From the NCBI GenBank assembly GCA_963826115.1, contig CAWGVS010000012.1, positions 288,001 to 352,000 of the forward strand: 64,000 bases of DNA, in the 5' to 3' direction. The stretch comes from an uncultured Candidatus Rokubacteria bacterium (lineage in GTDB: Bacteria; Methylomirabilota; Methylomirabilia; Rokubacteriales; DASRDR01). A program made the position numbers and the translations under genes. Below the pieces are notes generated by a model, which saw nothing but the letters and a program-made list of their open reading frames with translations, had not been told where the DNA came from and did not search any database. Numbering within the stretch: the stretch's first letter is position 1; every line of letters starts with the position of its first letter. This document shows, piece by piece, positions 8,895 through 17,989 of the stretch.

Positions 8895-10792
8895 CCGTCG
8901 GGGCCCTTCTCCATCGGTCCCGGACCCGGGACCTCCTCCGGCTGTCGGTCATGGGCAGCGTCGACGACGGCAAGTCCACGCTCATCGGACGGCTCCTGCA
9001 CGACACGAAGGCGATCCACGAGGACACCCTCGCCACGCTGAAGGCGGACTCCGCCCGCGTCGGCACCGGCCCCGAGATCGACTTCGCGCTGCTGACGGAC
9101 GGGCTCAAGGCCGAGCGCGAGCAAAAGATCACGATCGACGTCGCCTACCGCTACTTCTCGACGCCCGCGCGGACGTTCATCATCGCCGATACGCCCGGCC
9201 ACGAGCAGTACACGCGCAACATGGTGACGGGCGCCTCGACCGCGAACCTCGCCATCGTTCTCGTCGACGCCCGGCAGGGCATCCTGACGCAAACGAAGCG
9301 GCATTCCTTCCTCGCGTCGCTCTTGGGCATCCCCCGGCTCCTCATCGCCGTGAACAAGATGGACCTGGTCGGGTACGCGGAGGCACCCTTCGACCGCATC
9401 GTCGCCGACTACCGCGACTTCGCCATCCGACTCGGTGTCGTCGATCTCCAGTTCGCGCCGATCAGCGCCCTCCACGGCGACAACGTCGTCGAGCGGAGCG
9501 CGCACATGCCCTGGTACCAGGGCGACCCGATTCTGCGATACCTCGAGCACGTCTACTCCGGCGGTGACCGGAACCTGGTCGACTTCCGCCTGCCCGTCCA
9601 GTACGTCCTGCGGCCCAATCCCGACTTCCGCGGGTTCGCCGGGCAGATCGCCTCGGGCGTCGTGAAGGCCGGGGACGAGGTGCTGGCGCTCCCGTCCATG
9701 CGGACGACCCGGATCGCGAGCATCCTGGGCCCGGAGGGCGCCTGTCGTCAGGCCTTCGCGCCGATGTCCGTCGCCGTGACCCTGGAGGACGACATCGACG
9801 TATCCCGTGGCGACATGCTGGTCCACCCCCGGAACCTGCCGAAGATGCAGGCGAGCTTCGAGGGCATGGTCGTGTGGCTGGCCGAGGAGCCGATGCGCCT
9901 GGATCGCCCGTACCTCGTCAAGCACACGACCCGGACGGCCAGGGCCACGATCCGCAAGGTCGGGTACCGGGTCGACGTGAACACGCTGAGCCGCCTGCCG
10001 CCCGCCCCGCTCGAGTTGAACGAGATCGGACGCGTCGCGCTCGAGGCCACCCAGCCGCTCCTCCTCGACCCGTACGCGCGGAACCGGTCGACCGGCAGCT
10101 TCATTCTCATCGACTCCGTCACGGGCAACACCGCGGGGGCCGGGATGGTCATCGACCGGGTGCCCGAGAGCGACCTGCACCCGCGCGGCTCCGCGGCGCC
10201 GCGGGCGCACGTCAGCCCCGAGGTCGGGCGCGTGTCGCCGGACGCCCGGGCCGGGCTCCTCGGCCAGCGCGCCGTGACCATCTGGCTCACCGGTCTCTCG
10301 GGATCGGGGAAATCGTCCATCGCGCGGGAAGCCGAGTGGCGGCTCCACTCGACCCACCGGCACGTCTACGTGCTCGACGGCGACAACGTCCGCTTCGGTC
10401 TGAACCGTGACCTGTCCTTCTCGAAGGCCGACCGCGCGGAGAACATCCGCCGCATCGCCGAGGTGGCCCGCCTCCTGAACGAGGCCGGCATCGTCGTGCT
10501 GGTGCCCGTGATCTCACCGTTCCGCGACGACCGCGAGATGGCTCGGCGGATCATCGGCGCGGACCGCTTTCGAGAGGTCCACGTGGCCACGCCGATCGAG
10601 GTGTGCGAGCGCCGTGACGCCAAGGGTCTCTACCACCGGGCGCGGGCCGGCGAGATCCCGGACTTCACGGGTATCTCCTCCCCGTACGAGCCGCCCGAGG
10701 CGCCGTTCCTGCGGCTCGACACGACGCACCGCACGGTCGACGAGTGCGTCGAGGAGCTGCTGACGCACGTGCGGCCACTCCTCGCACCGTAG
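8891..10792 (+). CDS. cysNC: Bifunctional sulfate adenylyltransferase subunit 1 / adenylylsulfate kinase (start probably CTG 8891; first ATG is 8951)
   Basis: [35 protein letters not shown]; APS kinase [27 protein letters not shown]. Confidence 0.93.
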   Translation: MTVGALLHRSRTRDLLRLSVMGSVDDGKSTLIGRLLHDTKAIHEDTLATLKADSARVGTGPEIDFALLTDGLKAEREQKITIDVAYRYFSTPARTFIIADTPGHEQYTRNMVTGASTANLAIVLVDARQGILTQTKRHSFLASLLGIPRLLIAVNKMDLVGYAEAPFDRIVADYRDFAIRLGVVDLQFAPISALHGDNVVERSAHMPWYQGDPILRYLEHVYSGGDRNLVDFRLPVQYVLRPNPDFRGFAGQIASGVVKAGDEVLALPSMRTTRIASILGPEGACRQAFAPMSVAVTLEDDIDVSRGDMLVHPRNLPKMQASFEGMVVWLAEEPMRLDRPYLVKHTTRTARATIRKVGYRVDVNTLSRLPPAPLELNEIGRVALEATQPLLLDPYARNRSTGSFILIDSVTGNTAGAGMVIDRVPESDLHPRGSAAPRAHVSPEVGRVSPDARAGLLGQRAVTIWLTGLSGSGKSSIAREAEWRLHSTHRHVYVLDGDNVRFGLNRDLSFSKADRAENIRRIAEVARLLNEAGIVVLVPVISPFRDDREMARRIIGADRFREVHVATPIEVCERRDAKGLYHRARAGEIPDFTGISSPYEPPEAPFLRLDTTHRTVDECVEELLTHVRPLLAP

Positions 10793-10879
10793 GTTACCGG
10801 CGGGCGGCCCCGAGCGCGGCGCCCGCTCGGCCGGAGCGCGCCACGGCGACCGCGCGATCGTCGTGGCGCCAGGCGGACT

Positions 10880-11392
10880 CTAGGAGCCGCCGGCCGCCTG
10901 CTTGGGGCCGAAGAGCAGAAGCTCCGCCCAGGACCCTGTCTTGTCGAAGATGATCAGGAGCCCCTGCTTTCGGTAGTGGAAGGAGGGGCGGCCGGTCGAC
11001 TCCTCGGTCCCGACCGCGTCCGGCGGTCCCCAGCCGTTCGAGACGGAGCGGAACGAGAAGACGTGGGGCTTCGGATAGAGGGCCAGCGACCGCACCACGT
11101 CGGGGGCGAACCGCCCGCCGGCCTCGAGCCCGAAGCTGATGACCATGCGCTCCAGGCCCTGCGGGGCGCGCTCCCCGGCATAGGTCCATTCCGCCACGGT
11201 CCGGCCTTCCTCGACCATCGACCGCTCGCGGCTCGGGCGGCCGTACAGCCGCTCGACGTCGGCCCGGGTCGTCTCGCTCGGCGCGAGCCCGCCCCAGGTC
11301 TCCGCCCCGAGGTCGGCCGCGCCGACGAGGAGCCCGGCCACGACCGCGATGGCCCCGAGCGTCCGCCGCGCGCCGCGCCCGACGCGCCTCAC
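10880..11392 (-). CDS. Exported hypothetical protein with two SmpA/BamE-like repeats
   Basis: GTG overlapping the upstream TGA; signal peptide; TTRADVERLYGRP...EWTY and a second WGPPD...FHY unit. Confidence 0.6.
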   Translation of the reverse strand: MRRVGRGARRTLGAIAVVAGLLVGAADLGAETWGGLAPSETTRADVERLYGRPSRERSMVEEGRTVAEWTYAGERAPQGLERMVISFGLEAGGRFAPDVVRSLALYPKPHVFSFRSVSNGWGPPDAVGTEESTGRPSFHYRKQGLLIIFDKTGSWAELLLFGPKQAAGGS

Positions 11393-12267
11393 GGCGCGCC
11401 TCCAGCCAGCTGGGCGCGCTCGAGCGTGTCGCGGGCCATGTGGACGTGGACCGCGTCGACGAACTGGCCCTCGAGGCGCAAGGCGCCCCGGCCGCCGCGC
11501 TCCGCGGCCTCGTAGGCCGCGAGCACGCGCCGCGCCTCGGCCACGGCCTCGGCGGACGGGCTGAAGCAGCGGTTGGCCACCTCGATCTGGCTCGGGTGGA
11601 TCAGCGCCTTCCCGTCGAAGCCGAGGTCGGCGCCGAGCCGCGTGTGGCTCTCGAGCCGGTCGGGCTGCCCGAGGTCGAAGCAGGGGGAGTCGATGGCGTC
11701 GAGACCCGTCGCCCGCGCCACCAGGACGATGCGGCTCATCACGTGGAGCTCCGTCAGGCGGCCGGGCACCAGCCGCGCGCGCGTCTCCCGCGCCAGGTCC
11801 CCCGCCCCGTAGAAGAGGGCCGCCGCCCGCGGGACTGCGCGGGCCAGCGCCTCGAGACCGACAACGGCCGCCGCGGTCTCCACCAGGAGGTGGAAGCGGA
11901 TCCCTCCCGGCGGGCGCCCGCTCGCGCCCTCCAGTCGCGCGACGTCCGCGTCGAGTCGCGCGACGTCCACGGCGTCCGAGAGCTTCGGCAGGAGGAGGGC
12001 GTCGGGACCGAGCGGCACGACGGCGGCCAGGTCGACGGCGTGCTCCGCCGCACCGGACGCGTTCACGCGCACGATGCGCTCGCGGCCGCCGAAGTCCACG
12101 CGGCGCAGCGCCGCCACCACCCACTCCCGCGCCTGCGCCTTCTGCGCCGGGGCCACCGCGTCCTCCAGATCGAGGATGACCCCGTCCGCGGCCATCGCCG
12201 CCGCCTTGGCAATGCGCTCCGGTCGGGTCCCCGGCACGAAGAGAAGACTCCGCCGGAGTCGACTCAC
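11389..12267 (-). CDS. CitE/malyl-CoA lyase family (HpcH/HpaI aldolase/citrate lyase) enzyme
   Basis: RRSLLFVPG, ILDLEDAV, VRVN, LPK, LVET and GFDGKALIHPSQI motifs. Confidence 0.88.
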   Translation of the reverse strand: MSRLRRSLLFVPGTRPERIAKAAAMAADGVILDLEDAVAPAQKAQAREWVVAALRRVDFGGRERIVRVNASGAAEHAVDLAAVVPLGPDALLLPKLSDAVDVARLDADVARLEGASGRPPGGIRFHLLVETAAAVVGLEALARAVPRAAALFYGAGDLARETRARLVPGRLTELHVMSRIVLVARATGLDAIDSPCFDLGQPDRLESHTRLGADLGFDGKALIHPSQIEVANRCFSPSAEAVAEARRVLAAYEAAERGGRGALRLEGQFVDAVHVHMARDTLERAQLAGGAP

Positions 12268-12881
12268 GCCCGTCCTCGCCGGTGCGAGAGCACCTCGAAC
12301 CCCGCCGCGCGCAGGGCGTCGATGATGGGCCGCAGCTCGCACGGCTCGAGCCGCACGCTGAACACCGTCTTCCCCTCGGACCCGGGGACCGCACCGACGC
12401 TGATGATCCGGCCGTCGTGGGCGCGAATGATCTCGACGATGCGCTCGTAGGCGTCCGGGCCGCCGGCCACTCCCACGTCGAGCCGCGTGGACTGGGTCAG
12501 GAGCCCGAGCAGCTCCACCAGGACCGCCAGGAGATCGGTCTCCGTGACGATGCCCACCAGGCGTCCTTGCGAGACCACCGGCACGCAGCCGATCTTCTTG
12601 ACCACGAGGAGGCTGGCCGCCTCCTCGACCGGCGCGTCGGGCCCCACGACGGTGAGGTCCTCGCTCATGAGCTCGCGGACCCGGGCCCGGGCCAGCCCCG
12701 GGGAGAGCAGCACGGGCCGGAGATCCCGGTCGGACAGAATCCCCACCAGGTGCCCGTCCTCCACCACGGGGAGGTGCCGGAACCGGTGGTCCCGCATCAG
12801 CCGGTAGGCATGCCGGGCAGTCTCGTGAGGCCGGACCGTCACCAGGTCGGTCGCCATGACATCGCGGACGGCAAGGCTCAT
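12264..12881 (-). CDS. CBS-pair + ACT domain protein (AcuB-like)
   Basis: FRHLPVV..LVGILSDRDL and KIGCVPVV..LVGIVTETDL CBS repeats; C-terminal ACT-like domain. Confidence 0.85.
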   Translation of the reverse strand: MSLAVRDVMATDLVTVRPHETARHAYRLMRDHRFRHLPVVEDGHLVGILSDRDLRPVLLSPGLARARVRELMSEDLTVVGPDAPVEEAASLLVVKKIGCVPVVSQGRLVGIVTETDLLAVLVELLGLLTQSTRLDVGVAGGPDAYERIVEIIRAHDGRIISVGAVPGSEGKTVFSVRLEPCELRPIIDALRAAGFEVLSHRRGRA

Positions 12882-12971
12882 GACCGCGTTCTCCTCTCCC
12901 TACCCTAGCGCGACCCGCGGCCGGCGGCATGACGGTCCGGCGACGCGGGGCCCGCCGGAGCGCGCGGCCGA

Positions 12972-13982
12972 TCAGGCGAACAGGCGCGTGATCTCGTCCT
13001 GGTCGAACCGGGGGAGCGGCCCCGGCTGACCGTTCCGTGTCAGCACGACACCCGCGTCCCGCGGCACGACCCGTCCGATGAAGGCCGCGTCGATCCCTTC
13101 CCGCGCGAACGCGTGGAGCACGACCCCGGCGTCCGCCGGCGCGAGCGCCAGAAGCAGCGCGCCCGACGCGATGGTGCCCAGAGGATCGAGCCCGAACTCG
13201 CGGCAAAGCGCCGCGCCCGCGGAGAGGACAGGGATCCGCTCCGCCTCGACGGCGAGTCCCACGCCGGCCGCGTCGGCCACTTCCCAGAGCGCCGTGGCCA
13301 CGCCGCCCTCGGTGGGATCGTGCATCGAGTGGACGGGCACCAGCGTGGTCGCCAGCCGGGCCTCGGGCACGACGGATAGGTGCGCCGACAGGCCGCGCGC
13401 GCGGGCCAGCCAGGCCTCGTCGTACCCGCGAGCGCGGAGCTCGTCGGCCCGCACCCGCGCGATGATCGACGTCCCCTCCACCGGCACGCCCTTCGTGAGC
13501 ACGAGGGCATCGCCGGGGCGCGCCCCGCCGGTCGTCACGAGCCGCGTCTTGTCGACCTCGCCGAGCATGGTGCCGACCATGATCGGTCGATCGAGCCCGG
13601 GTGTCACCTCCGTGTGCCCGCCGACCAGCGCGACGCCGAGCGTCTTACACGCGGCACCCAGCTGGCCGAACAGGGTTCGCACCGCGTCCTCGGTCGTGCG
13701 GCCCTCCGGCAGGAGGCAGGTGGCGAGAAACCAGCGCGGCGCGGCGCCGCGCACTGCCAGATCGTTGGCGTTGACCACGAGCGCGTACCAGCCGAGGTCC
13801 TCCGTCACGAACGTGATGGGATCCGTCGTGGCCACGAGGTAGCGGTCCCCCATGTCCAGCACGGCGGCGTCCTCGCCGACCCGGGGCCCCACGACAACAC
13901 GCGGATCCGCGCCGGCGTGTTGCGCCAGCAGGTCGCGCAGAAGGTCCGGCCGGAGCTTGCCAAGGGGGAGCGTCGTGGCCAT
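12972..13982 (-). CDS. AIR synthase/PurM-like family protein
   Basis: GKL, GEDAAV, TDPITF, NANDL, GGHTEVT and HDPTEGG motifs. Confidence 0.85.
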   Translation of the reverse strand: MATTLPLGKLRPDLLRDLLAQHAGADPRVVVGPRVGEDAAVLDMGDRYLVATTDPITFVTEDLGWYALVVNANDLAVRGAAPRWFLATCLLPEGRTTEDAVRTLFGQLGAACKTLGVALVGGHTEVTPGLDRPIMVGTMLGEVDKTRLVTTGGARPGDALVLTKGVPVEGTSIIARVRADELRARGYDEAWLARARGLSAHLSVVPEARLATTLVPVHSMHDPTEGGVATALWEVADAAGVGLAVEAERIPVLSAGAALCREFGLDPLGTIASGALLLALAPADAGVVLHAFAREGIDAAFIGRVVPRDAGVVLTRNGQPGPLPRFDQDEITRLFA

Positions 13983-14240
13983 GCGAGCCGGGCCAGTATA
14001 GCAAGCCTCCCCGGAGTGGATTTGCCCGCCCGCCGGGGCATTTCCGCGCGGCCAGTCGATTGGTCTCGCCCGGGGTCGCGACCTCGGGCGCGACGCAGAA
14101 GACGACCTAACCGATCGAGAACACAGGGGTATGGAGGCCCATCTCGGGAGCGGCGTAGGCCGGCGCTCGAGGAGGCAGTGCCCTTGCACCCTGCCGAGGC
14201 AACCCGGTCGCCCGGCGGCCGGAATGAGGGAGGGCTATCC

Positions 14241-15068
14241 ATGCGGACACGGGTGGGGGCGGTCGCCCCCTGGATCGCGCTAGGCCTGATGGCGGGAATC
14301 CTCACGGCCTGCGGCGGGGGCAGCAGCTCGAGCACCGGGCCTACCAGCTTCAGCGGCGGCGGCGGCGGCTCGGGGGCGACAATCCAGGGTCAGGTTCGGC
14401 GGAACGGAAGCGCCGCGCTCCACGAGTCCGCGGTGACCGTCGTCCTCCGTACGGCGCTTGGCGTCGGGATCGCCGAGGCGGCCGTGGGCGACCCGGTCGT
14501 GGGTTTCACAGTCAACCTCCTCAGCTGCACCAGCCCCGCGATCATCACCTCAACCACCACGGACGCTAGCGGTAACTTCCAATTCACGGGACTTGCCGCT
14601 GGGTGTTATGTCGTCCAGGTGGTGGACCTCCCGCCCAGCCTCGTGGTGCTGGGCACCTCCTCAGATGTCGTCGTCGGCGACGGTGACATCGGGACGGTCG
14701 TGGGCACCGCGACGGTGGCCACCGAAACCGGTGCGCCACCGCTCGTGACGATCGCCTCGGTCAACGTGGCGGCCGCGAACGTGAACGACCTTCTCCAGAA
14801 CAACGCTCAGGTGTGCCACGCCATCAGCATCGCCACGGCGGCCGGCGTCAACCCGCTAGATGTGATCAAGGCACGCCAGGCTGGCGGTGGCCACGGGTGG
14901 GGACAGGTGGCCCACCAGTTCGGCGTCCCGCCGAGCGTGCTGGGGAACCAGTCCTGCACGGAGACCCAGATCTCCAACACCGTGGCGCTCGCGGGCGGGA
15001 ACGGCAAGGGCAACGGAAACGGCAAGGGCAAGGGCAAGGGCAACGGGAAGGGCAAGGGCAACAGCTAG
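14241..15068 (+). CDS. Lipoprotein with prealbumin/CnaB-like beta-sandwich, HGWGQVAH helical motif and Gly/Lys/Asn tail
   Basis: SD GAGGGAGG; lipobox ILTA|C; TTTDASGNFQFTGLAAGCY; C-terminal GNGKG repeats. Confidence 0.7.
   Translation: MRTRVGAVAPWIALGLMAGILTACGGGSSSSTGPTSFSGGGGGSGATIQGQVRRNGSAALHESAVTVVLRTALGVGIAEAAVGDPVVGFTVNLLSCTSPAIITSTTTDASGNFQFTGLAAGCYVVQVVDLPPSLVVLGTSSDVVVGDGDIGTVVGTATVATETGAPPLVTIASVNVAAANVNDLLQNNAQVCHAISIATAAGVNPLDVIKARQAGGGHGWGQVAHQFGVPPSVLGNQSCTETQISNTVALAGGNGKGNGNGKGKGKGNGKGKGNS
14998..15062 (+). repeat. Coding hexanucleotide repeat GGCAAS (Gly-Lys/Asn)n
   Basis: gggaacggcaagggcaacggaaacggcaagggcaagggcaagggcaacgggaagggcaagggc. Confidence 0.8.
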
Positions 15069-15088
15069 TCACCCTCCTCGATCCGAAC

Positions 15089-15121
15089 CCGGCGCCGCCG
15101 GCTCCCCGCCGGCGGCGCCGG
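15089..15121. terminator. 14-bp GC hairpin between convergent genes (no U tract)
   Basis: CCGGCGCCGCCGGC-TCCCC-GCCGGCGGCGCCGG. Confidence 0.55.
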
Positions 15122-15185
15122 CCATCCCGCCCTCCCCCGATGTCAGCGACGCTGGGCCGCTATGGTCGAGCCGCGGCTTGGCGGC

Positions 15186-16751
15186 TCAGCGCGTGATGAT
15201 CTCGTACTCGTCCTTGTGGAGCCCGGGCACAGTCTGGACGGTGACCTTCCGCTGAATCCGCCGCTGGAGCACCTCCAGTCCCTCCGACTCCTCCTCCTGG
15301 AGGTACGCCGCCAGGTCCGGGTTCACGCGAATCAGCACCTCCTGCCCCGAGATGTCACGGGTGGCCACCTGGATCTTCCGGTAGATCTCGGCCGTGAGAC
15401 CCGGCGGCGACTTCACCACCCCCGTACCCTTGCAGGTCGGGCAGGGCTGCATCAGCAGCGAGTGCAGGCTCTGGCGCACGCGCTTCCGGGTCATCTCGAC
15501 CAGGCCGAGCTCGGAGATCTCGAGCACGTTCGTGCGCGACTTGTCGTCTCCCAGGGCGCGCTTCAAGGCGCGGAACACCTGGGCCCGGTGATCCTCCTGG
15601 TCCATGTCGATGAAGTCGATGATGATGATGCCGCCCAGATCGCGGAGGCGGATCTGCCGGACGATCTCGCCGACCGCCTCGAGGTTGATCTTGAGGATCG
15701 TCTCCTCGAGATCCCGCTTCCCGACATACTTGCCGGTGTTCACGTCGATCGACACGAGAGCCTCGGTGTGGTCGATGACGAGGTAGCCGCCGGACTTGAG
15801 CCAGACCCGCCGCCGGATCGCCTTGTCGATCTCCTTCTCGATCCCGCGCGCCTCGAAGACCGACTCCCGCTCGGCGTGCAGGTGGATGCGATGGGCGAGG
15901 GCAGGCACGAGGGCCTCGGCGTACTCGAGCGCCCGACGGTACTCCTCCTCGCCGTCGATCAGGATCTCCTCGATGTCGGCGGAGAAGAGGTCCCGGACTA
16001 CCCGGAAGACGAGGTCGCCCTCCTCGTGGAGCGCCGCGCGGGCCGGCGCCTGGGCGAAGCGCGCCTGGACCTGCTGCCAGACGCGGACCAGGAACTGGAT
16101 GTCGGCGCCGAACTCGACCTCGCCCTTCCCCTCCCCCACCGTGCGGACGATGAAGCCGCCGCCCCCGGGGGGCCGGAGGTTCCGGACGAGCTGCCGCAGC
16201 CGGTCCCGCTCCTCCGCGTCATGGATCCGCCGGGAGACGCCGAGGTGGTTCACCTGGGGCATGTACACGAGGTAGCGGCCCGGCAGGCTGATGAAGGAGG
16301 TGATCCGGGCGCCCTTGGTGCCGAGGGACTCCTTCGACACCTGGACCAAGATCTCCTGACCCTTGCGGAGGACGTCCTCGATGGGCGTGATCGCCCGCCG
16401 CTCGCGCTCGGGCGGGGCCTCGGGGGAGCGTCCGCCCTCGCCGCCGGCGCCGGGCTCCTCGCCTTCGAGCTCGATGTCGACGTCCTCGTCCTCGGCGAGC
16501 ATCATTCGCTCGTACTCGCCGAGGTTGGCGATGAAGTCGCCCGCGTAGAGGAAGGCGTCCTTGGCCAGGCCCACGTCGACGAACGCGGCCTGCATCCCGG
16601 GCAGGACGTTCGTTACGACGCCCTTGTAGACGTTCCCGACGATGGACCGGTGGCGGCGGCGCTCGATGAAGAGCTCGGTGAGGACGCCGCCGTCGAGGAC
16701 GGCGACTCGGGTCTCGCTGATACCGGCGTTGACCACGATCTGGCGTGCCAT
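15186..16751 (-). CDS. rng: Ribonuclease G (Rne/Rng family)
   Basis: GNVYKG..VLPGMQAAFVD, SIDVNTG, RLRDLGGIIIIDFIDM, CPTC.G.G; no RNase E C-terminal extension. Confidence 0.9.
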   Translation of the reverse strand: MARQIVVNAGISETRVAVLDGGVLTELFIERRRHRSIVGNVYKGVVTNVLPGMQAAFVDVGLAKDAFLYAGDFIANLGEYERMMLAEDEDVDIELEGEEPGAGGEGGRSPEAPPERERRAITPIEDVLRKGQEILVQVSKESLGTKGARITSFISLPGRYLVYMPQVNHLGVSRRIHDAEERDRLRQLVRNLRPPGGGGFIVRTVGEGKGEVEFGADIQFLVRVWQQVQARFAQAPARAALHEEGDLVFRVVRDLFSADIEEILIDGEEEYRRALEYAEALVPALAHRIHLHAERESVFEARGIEKEIDKAIRRRVWLKSGGYLVIDHTEALVSIDVNTGKYVGKRDLEETILKINLEAVGEIVRQIRLRDLGGIIIIDFIDMDQEDHRAQVFRALKRALGDDKSRTNVLEISELGLVEMTRKRVRQSLHSLLMQPCPTCKGTGVVKSPPGLTAEIYRKIQVATRDISGQEVLIRVNPDLAAYLQEEESEGLEVLQRRIQRKVTVQTVPGLHKDEYEIITR

Positions 16752-16896
16752 GGGTCGGTGGCTCCCGCAGAGACGCCAGGTCCGCCCGGGCCTGCCCGCC
16801 CCCCGCACCGCCCGGGGCGTGGGCGCGCGACCGGCCCATCGGGGCCGGCGCGCCCAGATCCCGCAGGACGGGGCGAACGGAGACGGAGCAGCATGC

Positions 16897-17973
16897 TCAA
16901 GCGAAGCGACGCATCCGCACGTTGGCAATCAGGGCGACGGCGCCGACGGCCGTCAGGAGGGCCGAGCCGCCATAGCTGAGGAAGGGGAGGGGAATTCCCA
17001 CCACCGGCAACAGCCCCGTCACCATCCCCAGGTTGATCAGCGCCTGGGTGGCGAGGAGCACGGTGGCCCCGGTGGCGAGCAGGCTGCCGAGCGCGTCCCG
17101 CGCCGTGGCCGCGACCTCGAAGCCGCGGAGCACGAGCAGGACGTACACGATCAGCAGCGCAATCGCCCCGAGGAACCCCCACGATTCGGCGAAGGCGGCG
17201 AACACGAAGTCGGTGTGGCGCTCCGGCAGGAACGCGAGGCGGCTCTGGGTGCCTCCGAAGAGGCCCTTCCCCGCCAGCTGGCCGGAGCCGATGGTGATCT
17301 TGGCCTGAATCACGTTCCAGGCTGTGCCGAGCGGATCCCGCGACGGGTCGACGTACACGAGGATCCGCTCGCGCTGGTAGTCGCGAAGGAGAAACCAGAG
17401 CGCCGGCAGCACGGCGAGGCCACAGCCGGCGAGCATTCCGAGGTGTCGCCAGCGGGCGCCGCCCACGATGATGAGGGCCGCCGCCACCGGCAAGAGCGTG
17501 AGCGCGGTGCCGAGATCGGGCTGCTTGACGATCAGGCCGACCGCGGGAAGCGTCAGCGCCAGCGGGATGACCACGCGGTCCCAGCCGGGCCGGTACGACT
17601 CCCGGGCGGCCAGGTAGACCGCCAGCGTCCCGATGAACGCCAGCTTGAACAGCTCCGAGGGCTGGAGGCCGATCGGCCCCACCTGGATCCAGCGCCGCGC
17701 CCCGAGGGCGGAGCGACCGGCGATCAGGACGCCGACCAAGGTCAGCAGGCCCAGCCCGTACGCCCAGCAAGCCCAGCGCGCGAGCGTGCGGTAGTCGACG
17801 GCGAGCACGACCATCGCGGCCACCGAGGCGATCCCGAGGGCGATCAGCTGCCGGGCGCCCAGGCGCGGCACGAGGGTCGACACCGTCACGAGCCCCGCGA
17901 CGATCAGGAGCCCGGCCAGCCCGAAGAGCTGCCAGTCGAACTGGACCAGGAGCCGGCGGTCAACGCGCAGCAC
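16897..17973 (-). CDS. rodA: Rod shape-determining protein RodA (SEDS family)
   Basis: GARRW, QPSELFK, QPDLGT, LPERHTDF and PFLSYGGS motifs; follows mrdA. Confidence 0.93.
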   Translation of the reverse strand: MLRVDRRLLVQFDWQLFGLAGLLIVAGLVTVSTLVPRLGARQLIALGIASVAAMVVLAVDYRTLARWACWAYGLGLLTLVGVLIAGRSALGARRWIQVGPIGLQPSELFKLAFIGTLAVYLAARESYRPGWDRVVIPLALTLPAVGLIVKQPDLGTALTLLPVAAALIIVGGARWRHLGMLAGCGLAVLPALWFLLRDYQRERILVYVDPSRDPLGTAWNVIQAKITIGSGQLAGKGLFGGTQSRLAFLPERHTDFVFAAFAESWGFLGAIALLIVYVLLVLRGFEVAATARDALGSLLATGATVLLATQALINLGMVTGLLPVVGIPLPFLSYGGSALLTAVGAVALIANVRMRRFA

Positions 17974-17989
17974 GATCAGGCCCGTCCCG

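Noticed and set aside
12972-13982. Possible hydrogenase maturation factor HypE
   Set aside because: Lacks the C-terminal PRIC cysteine and there are no hyp genes nearby; generic PurM-like protein
14998-15062. Short tandem repeats as a CRISPR array or contingency locus
   Set aside because: In-frame 6-nt coding repeat with no spacers and no cas genes
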